From: Ostreococcus lucimarinus
Taxonomy: Eukaryota
NCBI GenBank assembly: GCA_000092065.1
Contig: CP000587.1
Strand: one strand, 5' to 3'
DNA length: 64,000 nt
Under the pieces are notes generated by a model. It had not been told where the DNA came from. It worked only from the letters and a program-made list of their open reading frames with translations, and did no database searches. Of this stretch, positions 1-8,714 are shown piece by piece (positions within the stretch are counted from its first letter, which is position 1; each line of letters begins with the position of its first letter). Made by a program: the position numbers and the translations under genes.

Positions 1-72
1 TTCGGAGCGTTTGGCGGCGGCGCGCCCGCCGCGGCGACATTCTCGTTCGGAGCGGACTTCGATCAAAACGCA

Positions 73-3042
73 ATGACGTCTACATCGCCGTCGACGGTTA
101 ACGCTCGACGAGCCGGCCATGGTGACGCGTTCACGCAGCGCGAAGCCGAAGACGCGACCGAGTTACTGAGTTCGCTCGCGGATAAACTAGCGCTCGCCCC
201 AGCGGAACGCGTGCAGTTACTAGGCGTTATCGACGCGCTTCGCAACATTGAGAGAGGAATTGCGACGCTTGGAAGCGCAGTGGATGAACCTGGCCGACGA
301 TTTGCCGCGCTCTGGCACACGCGACGTTTGCGCCGCGTGAACGATCACGAAGGACCGTGCGGACAAGAGTTGGCTTGGGCGGCTCAGTGCGCGACGACCG
401 TCGAACTTTTAGACAACGTACTCGATGGCTCGGCAGTGGACAGCCCCAACGCGGATTGGATGACGGTAAAAACGCTTGGCGTGCCGATTTGGTTGCGCGA
501 TGATGGGACACTGCGAAGTCTGATTGAAGAGTGCGCCAAAGGAGAGTTTGCGAGGACGAAGAATGCCGACGATTGCGCCCTTCTCTTCGTGTGCGTCGAT
601 CGCGTCAAGGTGCTGGCTGGGTTATATAAGGCGACGCAAAACAAGCCGCTCTACGAGTTTATGTGTCGAGATTTCAGCGAGCAGCGTCATCGCGACGCTG
701 CGCTGAAGAATGCTTACGCATTACTGTCAAAGCATCGATATTCATTCGCGGCGGCGTTTTTCATTCTCGGCGGTCAACCGCTCGATGCGGCGTCCTTGGT
801 GTGGAAACACGACCGCGATTTATCGCTCACGCTCGTCATTGCCCGGCTCGCGGCGAAGAAACACGTTGAAGGTACGCATTCAACGGTCGGGTATCTGACG
901 AGTGACGTTGTGCCTGTGCTTCAGAATGATATTGCGCCGACGATGTCGGATCCGTGGACTCTCGCCGCGTTGCGTTGGCTCGCCGGCGACTTTAAAGGAT
1001 TTTTTTCATCCATGAATTCATTGATGGAAACGTACGCTGTGGATGCGACGGATTTACTGGTGCATATCGCATCAAGCTCGCGTGAAGAAGACACGGTTTC
1101 GAATGCGAAGACATTGTTGCGGTGCTCATCGGCGACGTTGTTGCATCCGCTGGAAGCGCTCGGCATGCCTTTGGCCGCACTCGAACGATTGCAGTCATGC
1201 GGGCAGGACTCCATTGAAGACGCTTGCAGACTCGCCGTAGGCTCGTTGCTGGCGGGACAAAAGTCAAGTGACGTCACTGACGTTGCACTCGAAGTATTCA
1301 CGCGCAAGCCGTGGAGTTTGAGTTCGGCGACAATGCGTTCAATTTTGCACCGAAGGTTGGACGTTGAACGTTTCGAAGGATTCGACGCGAATGAACGCAC
1401 ACTGAAAGATCTCAACACGTCTACACCCGTGAAATCGTTGCACGTAAAAACACCGTCTGTGCTGCCGACCGAGATTCATACAGTGAGCATTCCTCGCGTG
1501 CCGAGCGGACAAGACTTGACCATCAGTGGATCGCCGACGGAAAAAGTAGCTACGGCGCGAAACGCGTTCAGTAAACTTCGAAGACTAAGCGTGAAGGCGA
1601 AACGTCAGAAAAATTTCGGTATTGGAGAAAGCGCAGGAGATGACTCGCCAACTACGCCAAGATCGCCAGAGTTCGACAGTGGGACGAGGCAAGTTGGAAA
1701 TGATGACGCATCGGCCAAAGCTCGAGTCTTGCGAACGCCCGTCGACGTCGCTTCGTTACAAAACGACGGCTTTTACGACATATGCTTCAATCACGAGGTG
1801 CCCTACGAGTTAGGGTGCGCCAGCGTTCGCCAAGGTTTATCCGTGGTCAATCTTCGAAAGTTGAATGAAAACGATAACGAGTCGCACAAGGATGCGTGGG
1901 CGGTGCTCTTGCAAGCGCAACCGCCCATTTCAGGCTTCAAATCGTCCATGAATTCTTGGCTCCACGTAGAAGATGTGGCGTCTACGCCGGCGTCACCGCG
2001 AGGTGGTCACGGGCGCGAGCACGAGTGGGCGACACATGCAGGATTGGACATGACGTCGCTCACAGGAATCATCCCGCAGTCTCAAAGCGAATCCGTCGGG
2101 CGATCTCGAGCAGCGATTACACGAGAGCCAGCAAACGATGTCGTTGCACGAAGCGTCGCCGCACACCCATCGCGAAGCTTTTTCGCCGTCGGGACTTCGA
2201 TGGGTGGTGTGCAGTTGTGGGATTTTCATGGCGAAAATGCAGATCGATCGGCGGCAGTTCTGTCGCTCGGAGGCAAAAAGTCGACTTCCGGCACGGGAGC
2301 GAGCATGCGCTCGCTCGCGTGGTCCCCGCATGGCGCTCGTCTTGCGGCGTGCGCTTCCGATGGCAACGTCACGTTGTGGCTCGGTGACGCCCCGGACGTA
2401 GAACCGGCTGCGAGTAAAATGTGCGGATTTAAAGGTAGCAAGACCGAAGACGTGCTGTTTCTGTCGACAAACGTCATGGCTGTCGCGAGCTCGACTGGAA
2501 GTTCACTACAAAGGGCGCCCGAGTGCGTCACGCTCTGGGACGCCCTTCAGCCTTTTCACGCCTCGCCTGGGGTCATTCGTGCTCATTCTGGTGGATGTAC
2601 ATCACTCTCTCAGTTTCCATCACTCGTCGCTCCTCACGGCGTGCCCTGGCCTTTCCTCATCACCGGCGGTTACAACGGCGACGTCGCTGCTCACGATTTG
2701 CGAATGCTCGGCGGCGACGCCGAATCCACCGTGCTGTGGCGCTCATTCCCGCCACAAACGTCTACCATCACCTCCATAGCCGCAATTCACCACGAAACTA
2801 CCCCGCTCGTCGTCATCGCCGACCAGTCCGGCGATTTACTCGCCCGTTCTGCCCTCGACGGCGCCGAGCTGCAGCGCGTCAAATCCGCGCACGCGCCGCA
2901 GAAATTTCTCACCCCTCGCGGCGGCGGCGCCTTCGCCTCTCTCGGCGCTTCCAAAATCATCCCCATTCACGCCGGTATCTTAAGTGCCGGCGGTGACGGC
3001 ATCGTCCGTTGCTTCCGTCTAGACAAATCTCGCGTCGCCTAA
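73..3042 (+). CDS. WD40-repeat protein with a Rav1/DMX-like (rabconnectin, V-ATPase RAVE regulator) conserved region; possibly 5'-partial
   Basis: 989-aa ORF with ATG at 73, but the frame is open from base 1 (FGAFGGG..FSFGADF peptide), so the gene may continue upstream of the window. The block KNAYALLSKHRYSFAAAFFILGGQPLDAASLVWKHDRDLSLTLVIARL resembles the Rav1p_C signature. C-terminal WD40 repeats are present (LAWSPHGARLAACASDGNVTLW). Stop at 3040-3042. Confidence 0.45.
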   Translation: MTSTSPSTVNARRAGHGDAFTQREAEDATELLSSLADKLALAPAERVQLLGVIDALRNIERGIATLGSAVDEPGRRFAALWHTRRLRRVNDHEGPCGQELAWAAQCATTVELLDNVLDGSAVDSPNADWMTVKTLGVPIWLRDDGTLRSLIEECAKGEFARTKNADDCALLFVCVDRVKVLAGLYKATQNKPLYEFMCRDFSEQRHRDAALKNAYALLSKHRYSFAAAFFILGGQPLDAASLVWKHDRDLSLTLVIARLAAKKHVEGTHSTVGYLTSDVVPVLQNDIAPTMSDPWTLAALRWLAGDFKGFFSSMNSLMETYAVDATDLLVHIASSSREEDTVSNAKTLLRCSSATLLHPLEALGMPLAALERLQSCGQDSIEDACRLAVGSLLAGQKSSDVTDVALEVFTRKPWSLSSATMRSILHRRLDVERFEGFDANERTLKDLNTSTPVKSLHVKTPSVLPTEIHTVSIPRVPSGQDLTISGSPTEKVATARNAFSKLRRLSVKAKRQKNFGIGESAGDDSPTTPRSPEFDSGTRQVGNDDASAKARVLRTPVDVASLQNDGFYDICFNHEVPYELGCASVRQGLSVVNLRKLNENDNESHKDAWAVLLQAQPPISGFKSSMNSWLHVEDVASTPASPRGGHGREHEWATHAGLDMTSLTGIIPQSQSESVGRSRAAITREPANDVVARSVAAHPSRSFFAVGTSMGGVQLWDFHGENADRSAAVLSLGGKKSTSGTGASMRSLAWSPHGARLAACASDGNVTLWLGDAPDVEPAASKMCGFKGSKTEDVLFLSTNVMAVASSTGSSLQRAPECVTLWDALQPFHASPGVIRAHSGGCTSLSQFPSLVAPHGVPWPFLITGGYNGDVAAHDLRMLGGDAESTVLWRSFPPQTSTITSIAAIHHETTPLVVIADQSGDLLARSALDGAELQRVKSAHAPQKFLTPRGGGAFASLGASKIIPIHAGILSAGGDGIVRCFRLDKSRVA

Positions 3043-3126
3043 CGACGCGAGCATAGTCGCGTTGTCACCGCACCCACAGCGCAGTTCCCCGCCACGATCG
3101 CCCGCACATTCACGCGCGTCTCCACC

Positions 3127-3391
3127 ATGAGCGCCGCCGCCAAGAACAGCGCCGCGTACTGGCGCATCGCCGGCATGAGTTACCTCAAATACGCCAACGC
3201 GTGCGGCGAAGTCGTGCGTCAAAGCCTCAAGGAACCGTTCTTGACCCAGGTGCGAACGATCGATCGGCGTGCGCGCGAAACATCGACTAACGACGCGCGC
3301 GACGCGGATTCAACAGGCCAAGGCGCGCGAAACGGTGTATTACAAGATGACGAAGTACGCCGAAGGCAAGGCCGGGCAATCGGGTGCGTGA
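3127..3391 (+). CDS. Mitochondrial F1-ATP synthase epsilon subunit (ATP5E/ATP15 family), 2 exons
   Basis: Exon 1 3127..3249 (MSAAAKNSAAYWRIAGMSYLKYANACGEVVRQSLKEPFLTQ) matches plant ATP synthase epsilon ([28 protein letters not shown]). Intron 3250..3316 has donor GTGCGA, branch CGACTAACG, acceptor CAACAG. Exon 2 3317..3391 (AKARETVYYKMTKYAEGKAGQSGA*) aligns with plant ..[21 protein letters not shown]. Confidence 0.8.
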
Positions 3392-3904
3392 ACGATCGAC
3401 GACGGCGGGAAGAAGACTAGGGCTTGAATTTCGCGAGCGGGACGCGCGAGGCGTCGCGAGACGCGCGGGACAAAATTTCACGAATCGGGATCGCGCGCGA
3501 CGCGCGCGACGGTGAAAAACGATAGTTTGACGACGACTGACGACGGATCGCTCGCATCGCGCGCAGTGATCACGGAAGTGTTGCCGAAGTAGACGCCTCG
3601 CGCGCCGCGAGCGCGTTCGCCTTCGTTCCTCCTTTGTAGTGTGTACTTGACTATTGATAGCCCAACAGCCTCGACTTTCACAGCCCAACACCCACCCTGA
3701 CGTAATTTCGTCACGTTCGAGCAAATGAAGTCGTCAAGCAAATGAAGCCGCTCGTCCTCGAGTGATCCTCGAAGAGTCCTCGTCCTCGAATAATCGTCCA
3801 CGAACATGTATCCATCAAATCTTCGTCGCGGAAGCATCCGACGGCGGATCTGTAATCACGAAAAAAAAACGTTATCGCTATTTACATCTTCTACTTCGCC
3901 TGGT

Positions 3905-4294
3905 CTATCGCGACAATTCGTTTCGCTTGCAGCTCGTCAACAAGTCGGCGTACGGCTGGCACTTGGCCAAGTCGTCTGGAGAGTTTGAGATGCACTCGCC
4001 GAACGCCTTCGCCGCCTGCGCGCACGGGTTCGGTTGTTGCGGCGCTTCTGACGACGGTACGCTTTCCGTGGCGTAACCCGAGCCGCCGGAGCTGCCTAAT
4101 AAGCTCGCCGTGGCGGCGCGGCCGAGCGAGCTGCCGACGCCCCAACCGAAGCCTTGGTAGATCATACCGGCTAATCCGCCGACGAGCGAGCCACCGGACT
4201 GTTGCTGTTGCCTCGCGGGGGGTGGCGCGCCACCGAAACGACCTCGGTTGCCCGGAGGCGGGGCGCCGAAACCGCCGGAACGTCTTCGACCCAT
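3905..4294 (-). CDS. CHCH-domain protein (twin CX9C; CHCHD2/Mix17-like mitochondrial intermembrane-space protein)
   Basis: ATG confirmed (cat at 4292-4294). The N-terminus is Gly/Pro-rich. The C-terminus has CAQAAKAFGEC ... CQPYADLLTSC, a twin Cx9C motif typical of CHCH proteins. Convergent with the ATP5E gene. Confidence 0.7.
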   Translation of the reverse strand: MGRRRSGGFGAPPPGNRGRFGGAPPPARQQQQSGGSLVGGLAGMIYQGFGWGVGSSLGRAATASLLGSSGGSGYATESVPSSEAPQQPNPCAQAAKAFGECISNSPDDLAKCQPYADLLTSCKRNELSR

Positions 4295-4412
4295 CTTGTT
4301 CGTGCGCTTCGTTGTGAGGGGGTCGAAGGCACCTTTGCGGACGTCTTTGCGTCGGGTCGGTTTGATTTAAATGCGGTGCGTGTGATTTACTACAGTGGCC
4401 TAAAACAAACGA

Positions 4413-6950
4413 CTAAGCGAAGGCTTGAGCGGTGGTTTCACCGCCACCTTCGTTCGAGAAGAATGGGGCTGGGAAATCGTCCGCCGAGGTGTCTTCGGCG
4501 ACGTCTTCGATGCCAGAGCCGAATTCGACGTCAAACGTGCGCGCCATAGTTTCATTGGCTGTCGTCACGGAAATCAGCTCCTGGTCGTCGTCGTAATCAA
4601 AGTTCACGGTGTCGCCCGAAGATGCAAATCCGTCGAGCATGCATTCGGCGAGATTGTTCTCCAATAAACCTCGCACGCATCGACGCATTGGTCGGGCGCC
4701 AAAGCGAGGCGAAAAACCATTGGAGTATAAAAGTGATTTGAATGAATCGGTGAAATCGAGCGTGATCCCACGAGCGAGCGCACGCTTGGAAACCGATGCG
4801 AGCATGAGATCCGCGATGGCGCTGACCTCGGGTCGTTCCAGCGGTCTGAAGATGATAATTTCATCGAGGCGGTTCAAAAACTCAGGACGGTACTCCTTGC
4901 CCAACTCTCGCTTGACTTGCGTTTGAAGTTTTTTGTACTTTTCCTCATCTTCGCCTTCGCCGCTCATGGATTCTAAGATCTCACGACTGCCAATGTTACT
5001 TGTCATGACGAGCATGGCGTTCGTGAAATCCACCGTTCTACCTTTGCTATCGGTCAAGCGACCGTCTTCCAAGACTTGGAGCAAAATGTTAAAGACGTCT
5101 GGGTGCGCCTTTTCAATTTCGTCCAACAACACGAGCGAGTGCGGGTTCGTGCGCACAGCCTCCGTGAGCTGTCCACCCTCACCAAATCCAATGTATCCAG
5201 GCGGCGGACCGATCAATCTACTCACCGAATGCGATTCCATGTATTCGCTCATGTCTATGCGCACCATCGCCTTTTCGGCGCCGAAGTATGTCTGAGCCAC
5301 CGCCTTGGCGAGTTCAGTCTTACCAACGCCCGTGGGACCACTAAATATAATGCTCGCCACCGGTTTCGACGCATCTGCCAGCCCAGCCCGCGCGCGGCGA
5401 ATGGCTTGTGAGATCGAACGCACGGCTTCGACTTGGCCGATGACGCGCTTGCCGAGCTCTTGTTCAAAGTTCATCAACGAAAGCGACTCATCTGCGCTCA
5501 ACTGTTGCACGGGCACGCCCGTCCACTGCGCCACGACTTCGGTGATGTGACTCTCGTCAACCAACGTACTATCACCGGGCGTGAGTTGCACCAAAGCGCC
5601 GGCTTCATCGATGACATCGATAGCTTTGTCTGGTAAGAATCTGTCGTTGATGTATCGCGTGGAGAGCGAGACGGCGGCGCGCAACGCCTCGTCGGTGAAG
5701 GACACGCCGTGGTGCTCTTGGTAAGTGTCCTTCAAACCGCGCAAAATTGTGAGCGTTTGCTCTGGACTGGGTTCGATGACGCGCACGGGTTGGAATCTAC
5801 GTTCCAAAGCCGCATCCTTTTCGATGTGTTTCCTGTACTCGTCAATCGTCGTCGCCCCGATGCACTGCAACTCGCCTCTTGCGAGCGCGGGCTTCATCAA
5901 GTTACCGGCATCCATACCACCATCTTCTCCGGTACCACCGGCGCCAACGAGCATGTGAATCTCATCGACGAATAAAATAATATCTCCCGCTTGTTTAACC
6001 TCCTCCATGACATTCTTCATCTTTTCCTCGAACTCGCCGCGGTATTTCGTGTCGGCGAGCAAGAGACCAATTTGCAAGCTCACGACGCGTTTTTCCTTCA
6101 AGCTCTCGGGAACGTCGCCTTTAGCGATCATCATCGCTAAACCTTCGGCGATGGCCGTCTTCCCAACCCCGGGTTCGCCCACCAAACACGGATTCGACTT
6201 GCGTCGTCGCACCAAAATCCGCATCACTCGCGTCACCTCTTCGTCCCGGCCGAGCACTGGATCTAATTTACCCTCGCGCGCCTCCGCCGTCAAATCGATA
6301 GAGCAATCCGCCAACGTCTGCTTCTTCGTGTTCCGCGTCTTCTTACCCGCCCCCACGAGTTCTCGCTCATTCGCTCCAGTGATCTCCTTCCTGAGCACCT
6401 TCAAATCGCACCCCTCCAGCGCCGCCATCGTCGCGCGCGCCCCGCTCGCCGGTTCGTCAATCATCGCGAGCGCGAGCTCCTTGCTCCCAACCTCGCTCCC
6501 ACTCGCACTCGCGCGTTCAAAAACCTTTTTCAGCTCATCGCTAAGCGCCAGCAACCCCTCGGCGCTCGGTTTATTAAACGGATTCATCAGTTCCAGTTCG
6601 CTCACCCCCGCGCGTTCGCCGAGCGCGCGTCGCGTCGCCTCCTCCGTCACCCCGTGCTTGTGCAATGCCTTGCTCGTCCGATCGCGATTCCGCGTCAGCG
6701 CGAGCAGGACGTGTTCAGAACCGCATTCAGCGCTTCGAAATTTCTTCGCGAGGTCCATCGCGTCCTTGACGGCGACGACGGCGTCGCCGTCGAATGTTTC
6801 AAAGAATCCACACCGCGTCACTTTTCGCGGTCTCGACGCCTTCGCGACGCCACGCGCGCTCGTTTTCGCGCGAGACTCGCGCAGGGCGTCGAAGAACGAC
6901 CCACCGCGCGATCGGCGCGCCGTGCGCGCGTCGAGCGCGGCGCATCGCAT
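4413..6950 (-). CDS. Hsp100/Clp AAA+ chaperone, ClpC/ClpD type, probably plastid-targeted
   Basis: Two AAA+ modules are present: [15 protein letters not shown]...[14 protein letters not shown] and [15 protein letters not shown]...[29 protein letters not shown]. Clp_N repeats are present ([22 protein letters not shown]). The inter-NBD linker is short (ClpC/D-like, not the ClpB M-domain). The track ORF opens at 7355, but the ECH gene starts at 7033 on the other strand. I place the start at the ATG at 6950 (MRCAAL..., R/A/S/T-rich presequence). Start is uncertain. Confidence 0.8.
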   Translation of the reverse strand: MRCAALDARTARRSRGGSFFDALRESRAKTSARGVAKASRPRKVTRCGFFETFDGDAVVAVKDAMDLAKKFRSAECGSEHVLLALTRNRDRTSKALHKHGVTEEATRRALGERAGVSELELMNPFNKPSAEGLLALSDELKKVFERASASGSEVGSKELALAMIDEPASGARATMAALEGCDLKVLRKEITGANERELVGAGKKTRNTKKQTLADCSIDLTAEAREGKLDPVLGRDEEVTRVMRILVRRRKSNPCLVGEPGVGKTAIAEGLAMMIAKGDVPESLKEKRVVSLQIGLLLADTKYRGEFEEKMKNVMEEVKQAGDIILFVDEIHMLVGAGGTGEDGGMDAGNLMKPALARGELQCIGATTIDEYRKHIEKDAALERRFQPVRVIEPSPEQTLTILRGLKDTYQEHHGVSFTDEALRAAVSLSTRYINDRFLPDKAIDVIDEAGALVQLTPGDSTLVDESHITEVVAQWTGVPVQQLSADESLSLMNFEQELGKRVIGQVEAVRSISQAIRRARAGLADASKPVASIIFSGPTGVGKTELAKAVAQTYFGAEKAMVRIDMSEYMESHSVSRLIGPPPGYIGFGEGGQLTEAVRTNPHSLVLLDEIEKAHPDVFNILLQVLEDGRLTDSKGRTVDFTNAMLVMTSNIGSREILESMSGEGEDEEKYKKLQTQVKRELGKEYRPEFLNRLDEIIIFRPLERPEVSAIADLMLASVSKRALARGITLDFTDSFKSLLYSNGFSPRFGARPMRRCVRGLLENNLAECMLDGFASSGDTVNFDYDDDQELISVTTANETMARTFDVEFGSGIEDVAEDTSADDFPAPFFSNEGGGETTAQAFA

Positions 6951-7032
6951 CGCGCCGCGCGTGGTTTTATGACGCAAGTCGACGTCACGACTGCGGTGCG
7001 CGACACATCGCGCCTTCACGCGCGCGCGACGC

Positions 7033-7869
7033 ATGCGACGCCCCACGTGCGCGGTCGACATCGACGCCGATGGCGTCGGCGTGCTTACGCTGTCGCGCCC
7101 GCACCGCGCGAACGCGCTGAACGAAGAAATGTGGACCGACTTTGCCGAGTGTGTGAAGTTTGTGGGACAGTCGAACGCGCGATGCGTCGTCGTGCGCGGC
7201 GATGGTCGGCACTTCTGCGCCGGCATCGACGTCGCGGATGAGGCGACGTTGAAATCGACCCTCGGCGACGTCGGCGACGTCGGCGCGGCAACGTGCGAGG
7301 GACGCCGGCGGGAGAGTTTGTTGAGGAATATTAAGAGGTTGCAAGACGCGTTCACGGCGCTCGAGCGGGACGTGGAGTGTCCGACGATCGCGTGCGTGCG
7401 AGGGGCGTGCTACGGAGCGGGGGTAGATATGATCACGGCGTGTGATTTGAGGGTGTGCTGCGGGAAATCGGCGCGGTTTTGCGTCAAGGAGGTGGATTTG
7501 GGCATCACCGCCGACGTCGGCACGCTTCAGCGCTTGCCGTCGATTATTGGCTTCGGTAGGGCGGTGGAACTGGCGATGACCGCCAGGGAGATGGACGCGA
7601 AAGAGGCGCTCGCGATTGGATTGGTGAGCGAGATTTGTGACGACGTTGAAGCACGCGCGATGGCTCTCGCGAAAATGTTGGCGAAGAAGTCGCCTCTCGC
7701 GCTTAGAGGCACGAAACGAACACTCCTGCGGCAGCGCGACGACCCAAACGTCGCGCGCGGGCTCGACTACGTCGCAACGCACAACGCTGCCATGCTGATG
7801 AGCAACGATTTAAACGAAAGTTTGCGCGCTAGATTCGAGAAACGCGAACCGATATTCGCTAAGCTCTAG
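7033..7869 (+). CDS. Enoyl-CoA hydratase/isomerase (crotonase) family, delta3,5-delta2,4-dienoyl-CoA isomerase-like, with C-terminal PTS1 (AKL)
   Basis: Crotonase fold motifs are present: VLTLSRPHRANALNEEMW, FCAGIDV, ACVRGACYGAGVDMITACDLRV. The protein ends ...EPIFAKL*. AKL is a canonical peroxisomal targeting signal 1, as in plant DCI1. Confidence 0.75.
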   Translation: MRRPTCAVDIDADGVGVLTLSRPHRANALNEEMWTDFAECVKFVGQSNARCVVVRGDGRHFCAGIDVADEATLKSTLGDVGDVGAATCEGRRRESLLRNIKRLQDAFTALERDVECPTIACVRGACYGAGVDMITACDLRVCCGKSARFCVKEVDLGITADVGTLQRLPSIIGFGRAVELAMTAREMDAKEALAIGLVSEICDDVEARAMALAKMLAKKSPLALRGTKRTLLRQRDDPNVARGLDYVATHNAAMLMSNDLNESLRARFEKREPIFAKL

Positions 7870-7913
7870 CTGTTGTACAACAAATTCGCTAGTCAGTTCA
7901 AGTATTCGAGTCG

Positions 7914-8537
7914 CTAATCGAGACGCTCGCCTCGTCCTTCAACCGCCCCTCGCACGGGCGTCAGCAATCCATTCGCGCTCAAACTAATTGTCGCTGGGTC
8001 CCGCACCAAGTCGAACGCCAACAACTCTAAATCGTCGTCCACATAGCATTTGCCGTCTGCCCGTGTCTCGAGCGAAGACCAACTCCTCGTCGACGCGCCG
8101 ACCAGTCCCCCTCCCTCGTAAATCTCCCGTATCGCCCGCCCGCTCTCCGTATCCAAGATCTTGACGTATCCCATCAGCGTCCTATCTCCATCGCACCAAT
8201 ACACATCCACGACTCGACAGCACGCGCGCGTCTCGTCGTCGGCGTCCCGGAACTCGGCCTCGTCCGTAGCCGCCGGGTGTTCCAACTTCCCGTACGCTCG
8301 ACCGCGCCGCACGCGCGCCGCGACGTACGCCGCGACTTCCCTGTGCAGTATGGGTTTCGGATACACCCGTCCGTTGCGATTCACGCGATCGCACCGTGCG
8401 AGAACGCCGTGTAAATACAGCTCGCCTTTGTTGTTCGCCAACGACCGCGCGAGCGCGTCGACGCGCGATCGGCGCTCGATCTCGGCCTCGTCCGCGAGCG
8501 CGCGCTCGACGGTGTGCACGGACACGCACACGCCCAT
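7914..8537 (-). CDS. Hypothetical protein resembling phage T4-type prohead core serine protease (Peptidase S77 / gp21-like)
   Basis: The track ORF 7914..8624 begins with TTG rendered as M. The first ATG is at 8537, giving 207 aa (T4 gp21 is ~212 aa). The blocks LYLHGVLARCDRVNRNGRVYPKPILHREV, GKLEHPA and GASTRSWSSL recall gp21 NRNKRLYPKRILEKAV, GELNHPP and GVSSRGLGSL (His/Ser/Asp triad positions) from memory. No intron. GC content is as in the flanks. Confidence 0.4.
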   Translation of the reverse strand: MGVCVSVHTVERALADEAEIERRSRVDALARSLANNKGELYLHGVLARCDRVNRNGRVYPKPILHREVAAYVAARVRRGRAYGKLEHPAATDEAEFRDADDETRACCRVVDVYWCDGDRTLMGYVKILDTESGRAIREIYEGGGLVGASTRSWSSLETRADGKCYVDDDLELLAFDLVRDPATISLSANGLLTPVRGAVEGRGERLD

Positions 8538-8714
8538 CGCGCGCCGAGGTTCGGCGTCGAACGCGCGACTTCGCGCGTCGCCGTCTGCGGATAAAGCGCG
8601 CGCGTCCCGCTCTGAGCGGGACAACCCGACGTCTCGGCGCGAGCCTCGTCGCGAGGCGTGCGATCGCGCGCGACTGAAGAGTGCTCGCGCGCCGTCCTCG
8701 GGGCGTCGCGCGCG

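Noticed and set aside
3386-3391. GTGCGTGA at the ATP5E stop, looking like another splice donor that might add a third exon.
   Set aside because: No branch point or convincing acceptor follows. The protein already aligns to the end of plant ATP synthase epsilon, with the TGA embedded in the motif. Treated as coincidence.
7914-8624. Possibility that the prohead-protease-like gene is bacterial or phage contamination in the assembly.
   Set aside because: GC content and codon style match the flanks. It is bracketed within 50-90 bp by canonical algal genes on both sides, so a chimeric contig is unlikely. Retained as a host gene of probable viral ancestry, pending verification.
8624-8658. Track ORF start codons shown as M at 8624, 8658, 22820, 41775 and 50373.
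   Set aside because: Checking the nucleotides shows these are TTG or GTG. The ORF finder evidently allows alternative starts. For a eukaryotic nuclear genome I re-anchored the genes on the first suitable ATG or on a spliced upstream exon.
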